Source: the human T2T-CHM13v2.0 reference genome, Homo sapiens. Taken from it: DNA of 64,000 nt. A model generated the notes under the pieces. The model was not told the origin of the DNA and searched no databases. It was given only the letters and a program-made list of their open reading frames with translations. The stretch lies in the NCBI RefSeq assembly GCF_009914755.1, contig NC_060925.1. The stretch is one strand, 5' to 3'. Made by a program: the position numbers and the translations under genes. Positions 1 through 16,734 of the stretch are shown in pieces; position 1 is the stretch's first letter; each line of letters starts with the position of its first letter.

Positions 1-2509
<2,509 letters not shown>

Positions 2510-2707
2510 AAATGCTGCCTATTTTGTTCTTAGAGTTCCCAGCATCAGTTATCTGCCCCGATGATTTATTTACATCAGAGTATTTGGTTATATTTTTGGT
2601 GCCTAGGTTGTAAGTACATCCACTTTGCACATTCACTTTGCCTGGATGGTATTCAGGTCCTCTGCCTCCCAGGACCCTAGAATTCATATTTAAATTAGAT
2701 AGCATAA

Positions 2708-3121
<414 letters not shown>

Positions 3122-4741
3122 CAAATAATCTCTTAATGCCTTGGCAAAGGGAGTGTTCTGAGCCCTCGTGTAGAAAATAATTTGGGAGTGAGTGAGTGAA
3201 TGGGAAATCCACTCCAGTATTTGAATCTTCCTAGTCTTAGATTTCTTCCTCTATAGTAGTCAAAAGAAGGCTGGGGCCTCTGGTGAATTATTGGGTCAGG
3301 GTCTATTCAACCAACTCATCAAACAATCACAATTTTCAGAAGTTTGACCTAGCACATTGAAATCAAAATCTCTGGTACCAGCACTCATACTGGGAAAATA
3401 AATCAGCCTGTTCAGTATTGTGTTCTCCCCAGCTTGTACTAGAACCTCAGGATCTAGCACCCTTCCCGTTTTCTCATCCCTGGACATTATCCCTACCCTT
3501 AGTTTTGTGACTATCAATTGCTTACTATTCTTTAGGCATTTACCATGTTTTAAAATTACCAGACAATATACGGAATATTTGTATGCTTTTAAACTGATGC
3601 ATAAGTGTTTCTGTATTTTATGTCGCTCTCTGGGTCCTGGTTTAAATATCCAAGATTAGAGTTGTGATATAATATTTTTCTGATACAAATAAATGCAACC
3701 TTGCAGTTCTTTCAGTATGTTAGTTTATAATTGTTCCCGCCATGGACAAACTAGGTTTTGAGTCTCGTGAAAGGTCTGGAGAAAAGAAGGGCATACTTGG
3801 GCCTGGCTGACTCTCACAGTGGTTGTTGGTCAAGACAATTACAGTATCTTCAAGAAGGCAAGAGTCCACTCCATGAGAGAGGGAATGTGGGCTTTTGGCT
3901 GTCAGGGAAGCTTATGGGGGTTCAGTGGCCCAGGGTCCTCTGATTCAGCAGTCTTCTCCCATGTATCGCCTTTCCAGTTCTTGGCTCCAGTGAGGACGTT
4001 ATTGCTGAGAATTAGATGCTGAAGTTGGCACCATCAAATAACTAGTCCTGGATGCATGTCACTAGTAGCAGCCATCTCACTGCCTCAGGAACTCAAGTTT
4101 ACCATGGTCACCATGGCTTTGGAGAATACTCACCTCATCCTTTTTGTGCATCACTCGCTCTCAATTCTAAAAAAGGAGAGAACATCTGATTGGCAAAGCC
4201 TAGGTGATACAAATATCTGGAATTCTCATCTTTTGTAATGGGAAGTAACTCTGCTTGCTGTTAAGATTCACAGAGGTAGGAAATTTTCCAAGTGTAGGAA
4301 AGGCAAAGCAAGGCAGCCAAAAAGAATGGCAAATGTCTACCACTTCCCAGCAAAATTGAGACTGTGTTTTCTTCTCTTGCTGGTGAAAATAATTTTTAGA
4401 TTTTAATTTTAAAAAAGCAAAAATTAAAATTTCATAGAAAGATCCTGATGTATTTGGTCATGATGGTGACAAAGCCCAGAGAGACCCACAAGCTGGGTGA
4501 TCTTTCATCCATCCAAGTCCTTATTAACTGAAAATTAATTATATGGTGTGCATCCTGCTGAGCCCAGGAATCCAGGAAAAATTAACCCAGAAATGGTCAC
4601 AGGCTCTCTATGTGGAAAGATATAGAACAAATAAGTGGTACAAAGAAACACACAATTGAAAATATCATAAGAACAAGGAAGAAAAAGTATGTGTTGTTAC
4701 AAGACTCTAGAATAGAAATCTAAACTTGTCTTGAGCTCATC

Positions 4742-4743
<2 letters not shown>

Positions 4744-4800
<57 letters not shown>
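4744..4800. repeat. (CT)n microsatellite
   Basis: Uninterrupted CT dinucleotide run of about 57 bp. Confidence 0.98.
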
Positions 4801-4803
<3 letters not shown>

Positions 4804-5522
4804 TCTCAGTAAATAATCACCAGCTCCTGGAGGGGCTCGTGGGTAGGTATGGAGAGAGATGAGCAATGGTCTACACAGATGACAGAACATATCCACATCC
4901 CTAAGGTAGGAAGAGACTCAGTAAGTTCTGGGAAAAACTAGCTGAGTATAACACAGTGAACCAAGTAGACAGAGACATATTGTGGAGCTGAGAGGTAGGT
5001 TCTAGATATTTGAGATAAAACCAGGGAAGTGATGAGGAGCACATGGTCTATTTGTGGTCTCTTAGCAGCTTTGGAGTAAACCAGAGTAAAAGCAACCAAA
5101 ACAGAGTCCAAGTCAGGGTCCTTCCATCCTCAAACCAGTCTCCAGTGGCCTGCTCTAGCTCAGGCGTGATTAGATTTGCATTTTAGAAAGAAACTTTGGC
5201 TACCACATGGAGAAATAATGAGGAGAAGCAAATGAGAAGACCGCCCAAAGCAGCAGTTCTGGCAGGAGATGGGCACTGGGTCTCCTAGTTGGTGGCTGAG
5301 TGCAGATGCTGGCAGGATGTCCTGAAGGTAGAATGGAGTGCATAATTCTGCAGGCGTGATGTATCTTCAAATATTAGAAAAGCAGGAACATGCTGAGAGC
5401 GAAACAGAAAAATAAATCAAAAAGAAATCAAAAGATTTATTTCTAGAGTATATAGAATACTATAGTTCTGTTGTTTTGGAATCTTCCAACCCTGTGCTCT
5501 TTTGGGGGCCACTTCTTGGAGT

Positions 5523-5984
5523 TGTAGTCAGGATTCTCCAGAGAAAAAGAACTGATAGGATGTGCATATATATATATATTTTTTTTTTTTTTTTTAAGGA
5601 ATTGGCTCAGGCAATGGTGAAGATTTGGCAAGTCCAAAATCTGATGGAGGAGTCTGGCGGGATGGAGACTCCGAAAAGAGTTGCAGTTTGAGTCAAAAGG
5701 CAAGCTGTCAGTGAGCTAGGAAGAGCTGACGATGTTGCAGTTCAAGTCCAAAGACCCTCTGCCAGCAAACTTCCCTCCTGCTCGGAGGAGCTAAATCTTT
5801 TGTTCTATTTAAGCCTTCACCTAATTGGATAAGGCCCACCTGCATTATAGAGCTCATCTGCTCTACTCAAATCTACTAATTTGAATGCTAATCTCATCCA
5901 AAAACACTGTCACAGATACATTCAGAATAATATTTGGCCAATATCTCGGCCCAAACAAGTTGACACATAAAGTTAACCTCCACA
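5523..5984 (-). mobile_element. MLT2-type (ERVL) solo LTR
   Basis: tgtagtcaggattctccagagaaa...aaggaattggctca...caagtccaaaatctg...aagttgacacataaagttaacctccaca resembles the recalled MLT2 consensus; TG...CA ends. Confidence 0.8.
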
Positions 5985-7220
5985 AGGGCTGCATCTGAAA
6001 TCCTAGATGGGAACACTTCGGAGAGGTACCAGCAGGTTCCTCGACTCACTCCTAGGGCCCCTTGTGCTAAGGCTTTTCTGTGGCTCTCAAGCCATTTCCA
6101 GGAATTGAGTAGAAACTCTCTCTCTCTCTCTCTCTCCCCACCCAAACAATATTCCCTGAAAGCTATTAATTCCTGCAAGCAGGAGCTCAACTCAAACAAA
6201 TGTTTCTATAAATGGCCAGTCAGCAATGGGCGGCTTGGGAGATGTGGCATCTTGTCCCTGGGGACCTTCAGTAAGAGAATGCAAATCATCTGTTCCGTTG
6301 CGTCTAGCCAGGGCACCCACTGGCTTATGCAGGAGCCTGCGCCAGATGTTTTCCTGAGGTCTCTTCTTGCTCAAGGATCTGATGACACCAACTCTTCATT
6401 TCTTCTGAATCAACAGCTGCTGATTTCATTCAAATAATCTAATTTGAAATTCTGTTTCTGGAACACAGACAGCTTCATCCGCCCAGGCAGAACAAAGGAA
6501 GTGGAACAGGGGCCTTAATAGGAGATATTTTGAGTGTTTTCAGACATAGAAGTCAACAATCTGTTCATTCATAAGGGCTCTGACCTCTTGTTTTGAAGGA
6601 AAACAGGAAAAACAAGCTGGGTACAAAGAACATAAATATTTTACTTTCACCCATTCTCCAATCTGGGCTGAAACAGGAAACAAATGTCTCCTCTCCACCT
6701 TCCCCACCTCCAAACACATCTGTGAGAAGCAACGTGGAGATCAGATGATGGAAGTGGATTTAAAAAGTAATTTGCCACTTTTCAAGAAATATAAGTTGCA
6801 GATGCATCTATTCATTTTAGGGAGAAGAAGGGGGGTACTCTGGGATTCTTAGGGGAGCTTTTGGGAGAGACGGCATTGTCTCCTTCCCATGTGGATGTGT
6901 GGAGTCAGCCAGGAGGGAAGGAGGCATGGTCACGGGAGAGGAGGGCAGGCAGGCTCTGACAAGTGCATATTGGGGTCTCGGTGGAGATGCCCAAAGGATC
7001 TACCCCACAGGCAGTGAGAGTCTGGAAACGCACGGTTGGAAGGCTGCACTGAGCTTCACATCGGGGTCTGCGTGAAGCGCCCCATCTCCTGCCCCTGGTG
7101 GCGCAGCTCGGTACTGCCTCTGCGTCTCCTCCCTGGCGGGGTGACTGCGGCAGCCCCGGAACTGCCTTACCACAAAGGCCAGAGGCACGGTCTCATCCCA
7201 TTGCAGTTTCGGGTTCTTCT

Positions 7221-7260
7221 GGGAAATTTCCAAAGGAAGGACTTTCCAAAGGACTTTCCC
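7221..7260. promoter_or_regulatory. Cluster of three NF-kB-like sites
   Basis: GGGAAATTTCC (7221-7231), aGGACTTTCC (7238-7247) and aGGACTTTCCC (7250-7260) within 40 bp, in a locally CpG-enriched segment. Confidence 0.55.
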
Positions 7261-9266
7261 AAGGAAGGTCTTGGCCGGATCAGGGATGGTGACCGGGACA
7301 GCACAGCTGGTCCCCGCTGAGACCAAGGCAAGGGTTGGTACTGGGAGCTACTTAAAGAGGTGAGATTATTTAAATCCTTTTTGTGGGGAAAAAAAACTGA
7401 GACAGGTTTTCCCATGATTGCAAAAATGTCACATCACTTTTTTAAAATCAAAAATTAAATGTACATGATGATAATATAGAGGGGATTGCTGCCCCTTGGC
7501 ACCAAAGTCATCCAACACGACCTGGTCCTAGAAGAGGAGGCAGCTGCCACAAGCACAGCCGCACCCACATCCTTGCTCCATCCCCTCTCTGGAATCAGGA
7601 GAAGGGCTTCCTTCCACGCTGCTTCCTCCCTGGGGATGTCTGTGCAGGAAGCCTAACTATTCCATTAAACCGGCAGGGGCCTTGGGAACCCGCCGTGAAT
7701 CAGGCTTGTTGTAGGTACCAGCCACGAGGATAAATAATGACCCTCTTTTCAAGGAGAACACAGTTTTGCAAAGAAAACAGATGCATGTTGTATTGTCATT
7801 TGTAAAGCAAAAGGGAAATCAAAAATATGCTGGAGGAAGCAGAGGAGGACTGACCAGGCTTGTGGGAGGGTGCTGAGGAAGGCTTGCAGGAGAGGGAGCT
7901 TCAGAAGAGAGGATCAAGGGAGTCTAAGGGGATCAGGAACTCCCTGTAAAGGCTCAGAGGACAGAAGGAAGACTGTGCATTGGATGCTACTGATTCAGGA
8001 GGGTGAAAGGGATCATAAAAGGTGAGATGGAAACTCAATTTGGAGGCAGAATGTGAATACCCTTCAAAGGCAGACAAAGACGTTTAGACAGCAGAGCAAA
8101 GGTAGAGGCCCATTCCCCTGATGCGGTCATTTGGAACACCGGGTTGAACTTCTGTCCAGCAAGGCAGAGATGAGAGCTGAGTAACGGGACCTGGCCTGGG
8201 AACAGAGGGTCTACCTGTGGGTTCCTGATTTCCCAGCACTAGACCATGAGAAGTCTTGAGCAGAGATCACCCTCAGCATCCAGAGGTCCTCAGAAGGGCA
8301 CATCCAATGTTGCTCATTTATTCACTCATTTATGAATTCATCATTGATACAGTAAAGCCCAGCAGACCTACATTTCCCTTAGAGGAATTCAAGCTGTGTG
8401 AGCTCAGTGAAGAGGAGGGAGACTAAGAGAGGAGGCGGGCACGTCCTCCCGAGAGAGAGAAACGTAGCCTCAGTGGTGAGGTGGCCCCTGCCCCGCCCCA
8501 TGCTCTGCCAGAGAGGGGCTTGGATCTGCTGCCCCCAGCCAGGCCACCACACTCACATTTTGCATCTGGCTGGATTGGGAGAAACTTCTTGTTCAAATGC
8601 TCTTGCTGTTTTTATAGCACAGTCCCTTGAATACATGCCAACTGCTTTATCTAGACACCAAACCACGTCAATAGACCAAACCAGGCTGAGTGAATGTTTT
8701 AGACCTTTCAGGGGGATCTTGACTGCTAGCACCTCTTCTCTCTCAGCCAGTTTGGGATATCTACATCCAGGCAAGAAGTTTCCACATTGTCCCCAGTCTG
8801 TGACTGACACTTTTGGGGATGAACAGGTGTGTGTGGCACAGTCTCAGCCCCCAACTCCACCCACGAGGGCAGTGGCCACACCCACCAGAATGGTGCCATC
8901 CAAGAGGTTAATTCTTGATCCTACAGTTTAAAAGGTGGCAACTGATGCTTCCTAACGGGATATCCTTTCCTTTGCCTTCCTTCCCTTATCCTCCAGCATC
9001 CAACAAAGGCAGCCAGATGGGCTCAGTGGAAATGATGTGGCTTCAGAGTGAGTTCTTTTTGAAAACTTCTAAATGGCAGGGTTGGTGCTGGGCGTCACCC
9101 CCATTCAACCAACCCCGGTACCTTAGCTGAGCCCAGAAGAGTATCATTTGTCAAATTTCAGGCTTAAGCTAACAGGGCCAGAATGAAGCTGCAGGACCCA
9201 GAAGTGCTTTAAAGACCAGAATAGATGCATTTCCCTTTAAGCCCTGAAGCTCTGCTGGAGCATCAC

Positions 9267-9882
9267 TGTTCTGTGCGGGAGACGTGCAAGGGGAGAAGAC
9301 AAGGCACACACGTGATACCTTTAAGAGTAAACAAGCTTTATCCCACGTAAACGGCAATGCAGATATAATAAGAAAATTAATAAAATAAGCAAATTAAAAT
9401 AAGCAAACGACATAATAAGCAAATGATATAATAAGCAAATTGCAATGGGAAGGGGAGAAGGGAAAAGAGATATATATATTTACACTCTCCAGACTATGGA
9501 GGATTCACCATCAGACTGGGAAGCAACAGCCTGGACTCCAGAGTCGGCCTCTCATCTGTGCACAGAAGAGGAGAGGTCTCATGAAGCTTTGGCACAGTCT
9601 AAGGCCCGAGCTCTTTTCGTAACAAGTTGTTTGGCATGAGGCCCATTCACGAGGGCCCTTTACAACTGGGCTCAAGGAAGACAAAAAGGTCAACTTGTTT
9701 TTGCAATTGTCTATTGTTTTTCAATAACTAACATATAGGAATAGATTGAAATATAAATTTCTCTGAAACAGCACTGGATGGACGCCTCAAGCGGCTCACA
9801 CAATCTGTTCCGGGACTTGGTGATCATTGTTGGTGTCCACGTTCAATTGAGTTCAAATTTGGTATTTAACTTTTCCTCCACA
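9267..9882 (-). repeat. 3' LTR of the provirus
   Basis: Minus strand reads TGTGGAGGAAAAG...ACAGAACA; collinear with 13036-13614. Confidence 0.92.
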
Positions 9883-9901
9883 TTCGGCCTCCATTTAATA
9901 C

Positions 9902-10865
9902 TCAGTTATAGGAAAATACCCTTACAGATACATGGGGAAGGCATAGTTGATATAGGTTACAGATGCAGTATAAGCACAGAATTAAAAACACAATTAATAA
10001 AAACCATGCCCAGCATGGCTTTGCAAGGAGAGTCATATTGTGAGAATTGTCAGGGATATACACACAACATTCAGTATGCAGTAAGGTGCAAACCCCTCCT
10101 TGGACGGCGGTAAGCATATCTAATGCCATTCCATGTTGCAACACAACAGTATGCAGCTGAGCAAATTCATCTGATAACAATGTAAGTCCAGTGCTACTAT
10201 CATTAAGAGCTTTTTCTACGTGAAAACTTAATATTTAAATTTGTTGCTGAAACAGGATTGCACCGGCGGCAGGGGAGAATATTGTGATAGGGTACCACCA
10301 CCAGGGAGTCTGGCGCATCCGCAACCAGCAGTGTTTGTAAGCATCTAGATTACTGGGGAGGGGAATATTATCCCAGATGGTGAATGGAATTAATGGCCAC
10401 CCCCAAGTGCATCTTCCCGACCAATGTGGAGGCAGGTATCACCACCTGTAGGATCCACATACCCAGTGGGTCCCCCAGGGAATAGGAAGAGTTCTACTAT
10501 AATTGTATTGCTGTAATGTGTAATTTAAGTAACAAGAGTGCTGTGTCTCATTTGGGCTTAGGCAAAAATAGACAGTTTAGTTTGGTTAAAAAAGTCCAGG
10601 TTGGATTACAAATGTTATTATCCTGTACCCATTGGCATTGGCATATCCATTCAGAAATGTTAGCAGGGATGATTCTCCAAGGTAGCCCATTCCTGGCGGC
10701 CTCCGGCAGCTTGATGCATAGCCAGTGCCGACTGCAGTTGGCTTCCGTTGCAGCAGTGGCTACCCAGTTGTTGAACTCATTCCCAGCCTCAGACATGATG
10801 ACCCAAGTACTGATTTCTAGCAGACAGATTATTCGTAATAACAAAACTGGAGGGGAACATGACAT
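9902..10865 (-). pseudogene. ERV env remnant (SU, fusion peptide, TM)
   Basis: TM: LQHGMALDMLTA (immunosuppressive-domain-like) then GGVCTLLHTECCVYI (CX6CC). Upstream: RMRQ/TPWWWYPITIFSPAAGAIL (decayed cleavage site and fusion peptide) and HWLC in SU. Interrupted by stops. Confidence 0.85.
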
Positions 10866-10934
10866 TGTTTTTCATCTTTAGGAAACTGTATTATGCCTTC
10901 ATTTTTTGCTCCTATAGCTACAAGGTCACCAGCC

Positions 10935-11258
10935 TTAGGGGCGGGACCTGATGGACACTGCACCCATATTTTGGCTCAAGGTTTTAAGTTGCCCACCCAC
11001 TCCGATGGACCCAAATTTTCCGGTTCTATATGTTGTTTCTATTGGGGCAGAAATTTCCTCAGGGGTTAATTGTTGACAAGGTACCACTAACAATTGAGCA
11101 ACCCACATCTGCAGATTTATAGCAAAAGAATCTGGAGTGGTATTGTATAAAATGAGCTTTAACTCTCCCCAGTAATCACTATCAATTATACCACCATACC
11201 TTATAATGCCTCTCATTGTAAGGCTTGAACGTGTTGTAATCCATTCATCCGCATTCAA
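10935..11258 (-). pseudogene. ERV dUTPase remnant
   Basis: RSSL...GGIIDSDYWGELKLILYN...VAQLLV...RTGKFGS matches dUTPase motifs II-V. Confidence 0.85.
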
Positions 11259-11289
11259 ATTTGCAGTTATGGTGGAAGTGTTGGTCTGT

Positions 11290-12550
<1,261 letters not shown>

Positions 12551-12553
12551 TGA

Positions 12554-12900
12554 CTAGTTCTTCAGTTCTACCCTGACTAGGCCACTTGGACAGCTGCTTT
12601 CTTCAGCAATAGGCTGACAGCTTTGAGCTTGGTCAGTCAAGACATAGGCCTGGCATTGGGCCAGGGCCAGTCTGGAAGTCAGATTCACGTTTTCCTTTTC
12701 CAGCTTACATTTCTCTTGAAGCAACCAGTTTCTATCTTGACATATCAACTCATAAGCAGTAAGCAAGCACCTTCCATGCCAGGAAATTCCCTCAGCGTCC
12801 CCTTTACCAACGGGATTCCCTGCAGAGCCTCACACACAGCCAATGGTTCAAAATGCACTAATTTACACCCCCAATTTTCCCAAAGGCCAGTTCCCTTGGA
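12554..12900 (-). pseudogene. Probable N-terminal gag remnant
   Basis: Lies between PBS and RT; coiled-coil-like LLQEKCKLEKENVNLTSRLALAQ. Assigned mainly by position. Confidence 0.5.
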
Positions 12901-13013
12901 TCACTCAATGGCCAAAAGGGAGAACCAGGGGAGTTCCCATCCCAGGATATGGGAAGTCCACAAGCTCCCAGCCCGGTCCTTGCAGCCGAAAAATGGCATG
13001 CATTCGCTTTCGG

Positions 13014-13031
13014 ATCCTGTTCCTGATGCCA
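13014..13031 (-). other. Primer binding site, tRNA-Ser-like
   Basis: TGGCATCAGGAACAGGAT, 4 nt after the 5' LTR; 16/18 match to TGGCGTCACGAACAGGAT, the complement of the recalled 3' end of a human tRNA-Ser(CGA). Confidence 0.7.
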
Positions 13032-13035
13032 AAAA

Positions 13036-13614
13036 TGTTCTGTGTGGGAAACGCGTGAGGGGAGAAGAAAAGACACACACACAATACCTTTAAGGGTAAA
13101 CAAGCTTTATCCCACGTAAATGGCAATGGAGCTGTAATAAGCAAATGATATAATAATAAGCAGATTGATATAATAAGCAAATTGCAATGAGAAGGGGAAA
13201 AGGGAAAAGATATTTACACTCACCAGACTATGGAGGATTCACCGCCAGAGTGGGAAGGAACAGCCCGAGCTACAGAGTTGGCCACTCTTCCTTGCACAGA
13301 CAAGGAGAGGTCTCATGAAGTTTTGGTGCGGTCTGGGACCCTCGCTCTTTTTGTAACAAGTTGTTTGGCATGAGGCCCAGTCACGAGGGCCCTTCGAGAC
13401 TGGGCTCAGGGAACACAAAATGTCAGCTTGTTTTTGCGATTGTCTATTGTTTTTCAATAACTAATGTATAGGAATAGACTGAAATAGAGATTTCTCCGAA
13501 ACAGCACTGGATGGATGCCTCAAGTGGCTCACACAACCTGTTCTAGGACTTGGGACCATTGTTTGTGTCCATGTTCAATTGAGTTCAAATTTAATATTTC
13601 ACTTTTCCTCCACA
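13036..13614 (-). repeat. 5' LTR of the provirus
   Basis: Homologous to 9267-9882 and followed on the minus strand by the PBS. Confidence 0.92.
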
Positions 13615-14319
13615 GTCACCCAGCAAGGTGATCCATGCTTGCAACCAGGACAAAACAAGCATGCAGTAGGCACCCAGTTCCCAACAGCATCTCCTGCGTT
13701 TCAGCAAAACCGTGTCAGGTTTTCTACTGAACCAAGGGGGCCTCTTTCCCCAGAACCAGTCCTGGCCACTTTCATCTCTGAACAAGGACTCTTGGAGATG
13801 CGGCACTAGAAACACGCATGCTGTCTTGGTTGACCAAGATCAGTGGTTCTGCCATCCACAGGCACCAAGTAGCCTTGAGTAAATCCTCCGAAAACGGGGA
13901 GCAGTAGAGGTGGGGCCAACGCGTGACGATGGGCCTGAAATTGGCACCCATTCTTGGGGAGCTTTCACGTGGGTTTGGGATTCCGTTGATGCCGCCCTGC
14001 TCCTCAGCAGCACTGGGAAGCCGCTGAGTCTCATGCGGGCTGTTGGGTCCTGAGTGCTGCACGGCCCTGCAGAGGGGCTGCTCTCTGAAAGCTGCCCTGA
14101 CCCCTCCCTCTGCCTGTTAGGTCCTGAAAGCAGAGCCAGCCAGTCACCTGCTTGTAATGAAAGCTTGTGTCTCCAGTCCTCCAGTTTTGCTCTGACAAGG
14201 ACAGTTTCAGAGCCCCAAGCTTCATGTTACCAAGGAAGCATTTTCTCTCCACTTGACTCCAGGTGCCCTGTCCTTGTCACTGAGGGATCTCTCACCACAG
14301 GGCAATGAAAGAGGGGTAA

Positions 14320-15468
14320 AACTAGGCCTCCAGGGAAAGAGGGGGAAAGAGAATGGGGCAATCCATGATGGGAATTCCAGGGCGGGCATTCTAGGGAGTA
14401 ATCTCTCACTGCCGGGTGAGGCAGCCTTCACACCGGCTGCTTCCTCTGCCTAGATGCTGTCACCCAAGCTTCTCTGTAACTCCCACCTGGAGACGCTCCC
14501 TCTGGTCTCTGCTCCAGTGAGACCTCCCCGTGGCCCTATTTAAATGGCAGCTTCCCTCAGTGCCACCGCATCGTCCACACCCCAATGCCCCTACTCTGTG
14601 ATTTATTTTCCGCTCAGCACCTGTTAGCCTGTCGTCCATGCTTTGTGTTGACTCAGGTTTTGTTTGCTGGTCTCCTCGGGCTCCCCCTGGAATGTGAGCT
14701 CCGTGAGGGTAGAGTATGAATGACTCTTGTTCTCGCTGTTTTTCCTGTGCCCAGAACAGTGCCTGCTGCTCAGTCAATGCCTGATGATGGAGTGAACAGA
14801 TTTCTGCTTTCTGTGGCCACCTCTGGGCCACAGAAAGGCCCAGAGGTTACAAGCAACCTCTGGTCTTTGAAGAAGGAGCAAAAGGACAGAGAAGTATGAA
14901 AAGGAGCCCCGTTTGGATGCACCCACTGAGCACTGAAGGGGAGGACTCTTAGGTGGCCCCATCCTTTGCAAACAGGCTCAGTGGTTCTCCCGCGCTCACC
15001 CCAAGGCCCAGAATCCATGCATACATGTAGGGTGGGGCAGGCCGGCTCACGCTGACACGTCCAGCCTCTGCCCAGCTCCTCTGCTGGAGTCTCTGCAGGG
15101 AATTTGGCAGAGCTTGGTCATTCCTTCACTAATTCAGCCGTTGTAGAAAAGCCACCCAGTTAACAGGTCTGAGCCATTTCCTCTCATCCTGGGGACTAGA
15201 GGTGACTGCCACTTTGAGGCCAGTTAAGAGTTCTTGGCCCTTCCTGGAAACCCTGCACTGCTGGGAAGTGGGTGGACACACACTTCTGAGAATGAATTCC
15301 AAGCGAATTTTCCCATCATTTCTTTCCCCCTAGCAGTGCAAGGCTGGGGCACACAGGGAGAGAATGTCTCTCTCACATGTCAACTCCCATGGTCTCAACT
15401 AGGCCTCGGGGGAAAGAGAATGGGGCATTCCAGGATGGGAATTCCAGGGTGGGCATTCCAAGGAGTAA
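14320..15468 (+). repeat. Dispersed direct duplication A (14320-14401 / 15397-15468)
   Basis: aactaggcctc...gggggaaagagaatggggca(a/t)tcca(t/g)gatgggaattccaggg(c/t)gggcattc...ggagtaa occurs twice. Confidence 0.9.
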
Positions 15469-16092
15469 GAGGAATTCTGGGAAGGAGGACACTCGTGATG
15501 CATGCATGGCCCATCCAGAAGGTCCAGGATCATCTCCCCAGCCCAAGCCTTTAATCACATCTGCGAAGACCCCCCTCTTCCTATAGAAGGTGACACGGTC
15601 CCAGGTTCTGGGGATTAGGACACAGACACCTCTGTTCAGCTGACCACAGCCACTGGGGGACCCACTGTTGATCCCCCATCCATTCTGATAAAGGCTTTCA
15701 TGATGTCAGAAACCATGAACAGCTCATCTCCTGATCCTCCACTGCGAGTTTGTGAGCATCTTAGGGGCGACATCTGAGGGTCCATCCTGGTGTTGATGTG
15801 TCATAGGTGTGGGGGCCTGGTCTGAGGCTGAACGCGCAGCAGGACCAGCCTCTGGCCCTCCCCAGCTGGAAGGGGGGAGTTTTGCACATCTTGCTCTATA
15901 GCTCACTCTCCCCTGCTGCTCCCACTGAGGCAGTGAGTTCCAGACTGCTCTGGGGGTTACAAGCAACCTCCGGTATTTGCAGAAGGAGAAAAAGGGCAGA
16001 GAAGTATTAAAAGGAGCCCAATTTGGATGTATCCACTGAGCACTGAAGGGGAGAACTCTTAGGTGGCCCTGTCTCTTTGCAAATAGCCTCAG
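14845..16092 (+). repeat. Dispersed direct duplication B (14845-14981 / 15955-16092)
   Basis: ggttacaagcaacctc...ccactgagcactgaaggggag(g/a)actcttaggtggccc...tttgcaaa occurs twice. Confidence 0.92.
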
Positions 16093-16734
16093 GCACTGCA
16101 GGCCCCTGAGGCAGCCCCCAGCTGGGACCCTCACTCAGCTCAGCTCAGCTCACAACAGGTAGCAGAGCTGTGCCGACCAGGTAGCCTTGCCCTCCTGGGA
16201 AGACAGGGACACCTGCACGAGCCTGAGCCCTCTAGTGGAAACAGCAGCCATCGGCCATCAGGCCTCTGCAGGCACCTGGTCCCTCCTGTTGTTGTCTGCA
16301 CAGCCTGCCCCTCCAGGCCGCCCCCACGCCTGGGTTCTGCCTGCACGCCCAGGCTCAGTGGGGAGGAGTGAGCCCAACAACTGTTTCCCAACCCTGTGCA
16401 GACAGAGCCCTGGCATCTCACCGTCCCTTCCAAATGCCAGAACCCGCCCTGGGCACCCATGCCCTGATGGGTCCCAGCCCCGGGTGACGCCCTCCTTGCA
16501 TGGAGTAGGGACCCAAGCATATGCGGAAACACTGTGGCCGGGCCCAGGCTCTCTCTCAGTTTTGACACTGTTGCAGGCCTGATGACCCTTGGGGACACAG
16601 TCTCACTGGGTGGCAAGATGTCCATTCAGAATAAAATAAAATTAAAAATTAAATTAAAACTCAACAAGCTCGTGCACATGCAGTCACCTGCATATTTTGC
16701 AATTCGGAGAATAACAGGCGGTTTTCCAAAATCA

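Noticed and set aside
9902-10865. Possible domesticated (syncytin-like) env
   Set aside because: Broken by stops and frameshifts, with decayed cleavage-site and CWLC motifs.
14770-16134. Repeated peptide GHLRVLPFSAQW in two minus-strand ORFs, suggesting duplicated exons
   Set aside because: Explained by DNA duplication B; no consistent splice sites or recognisable domain.
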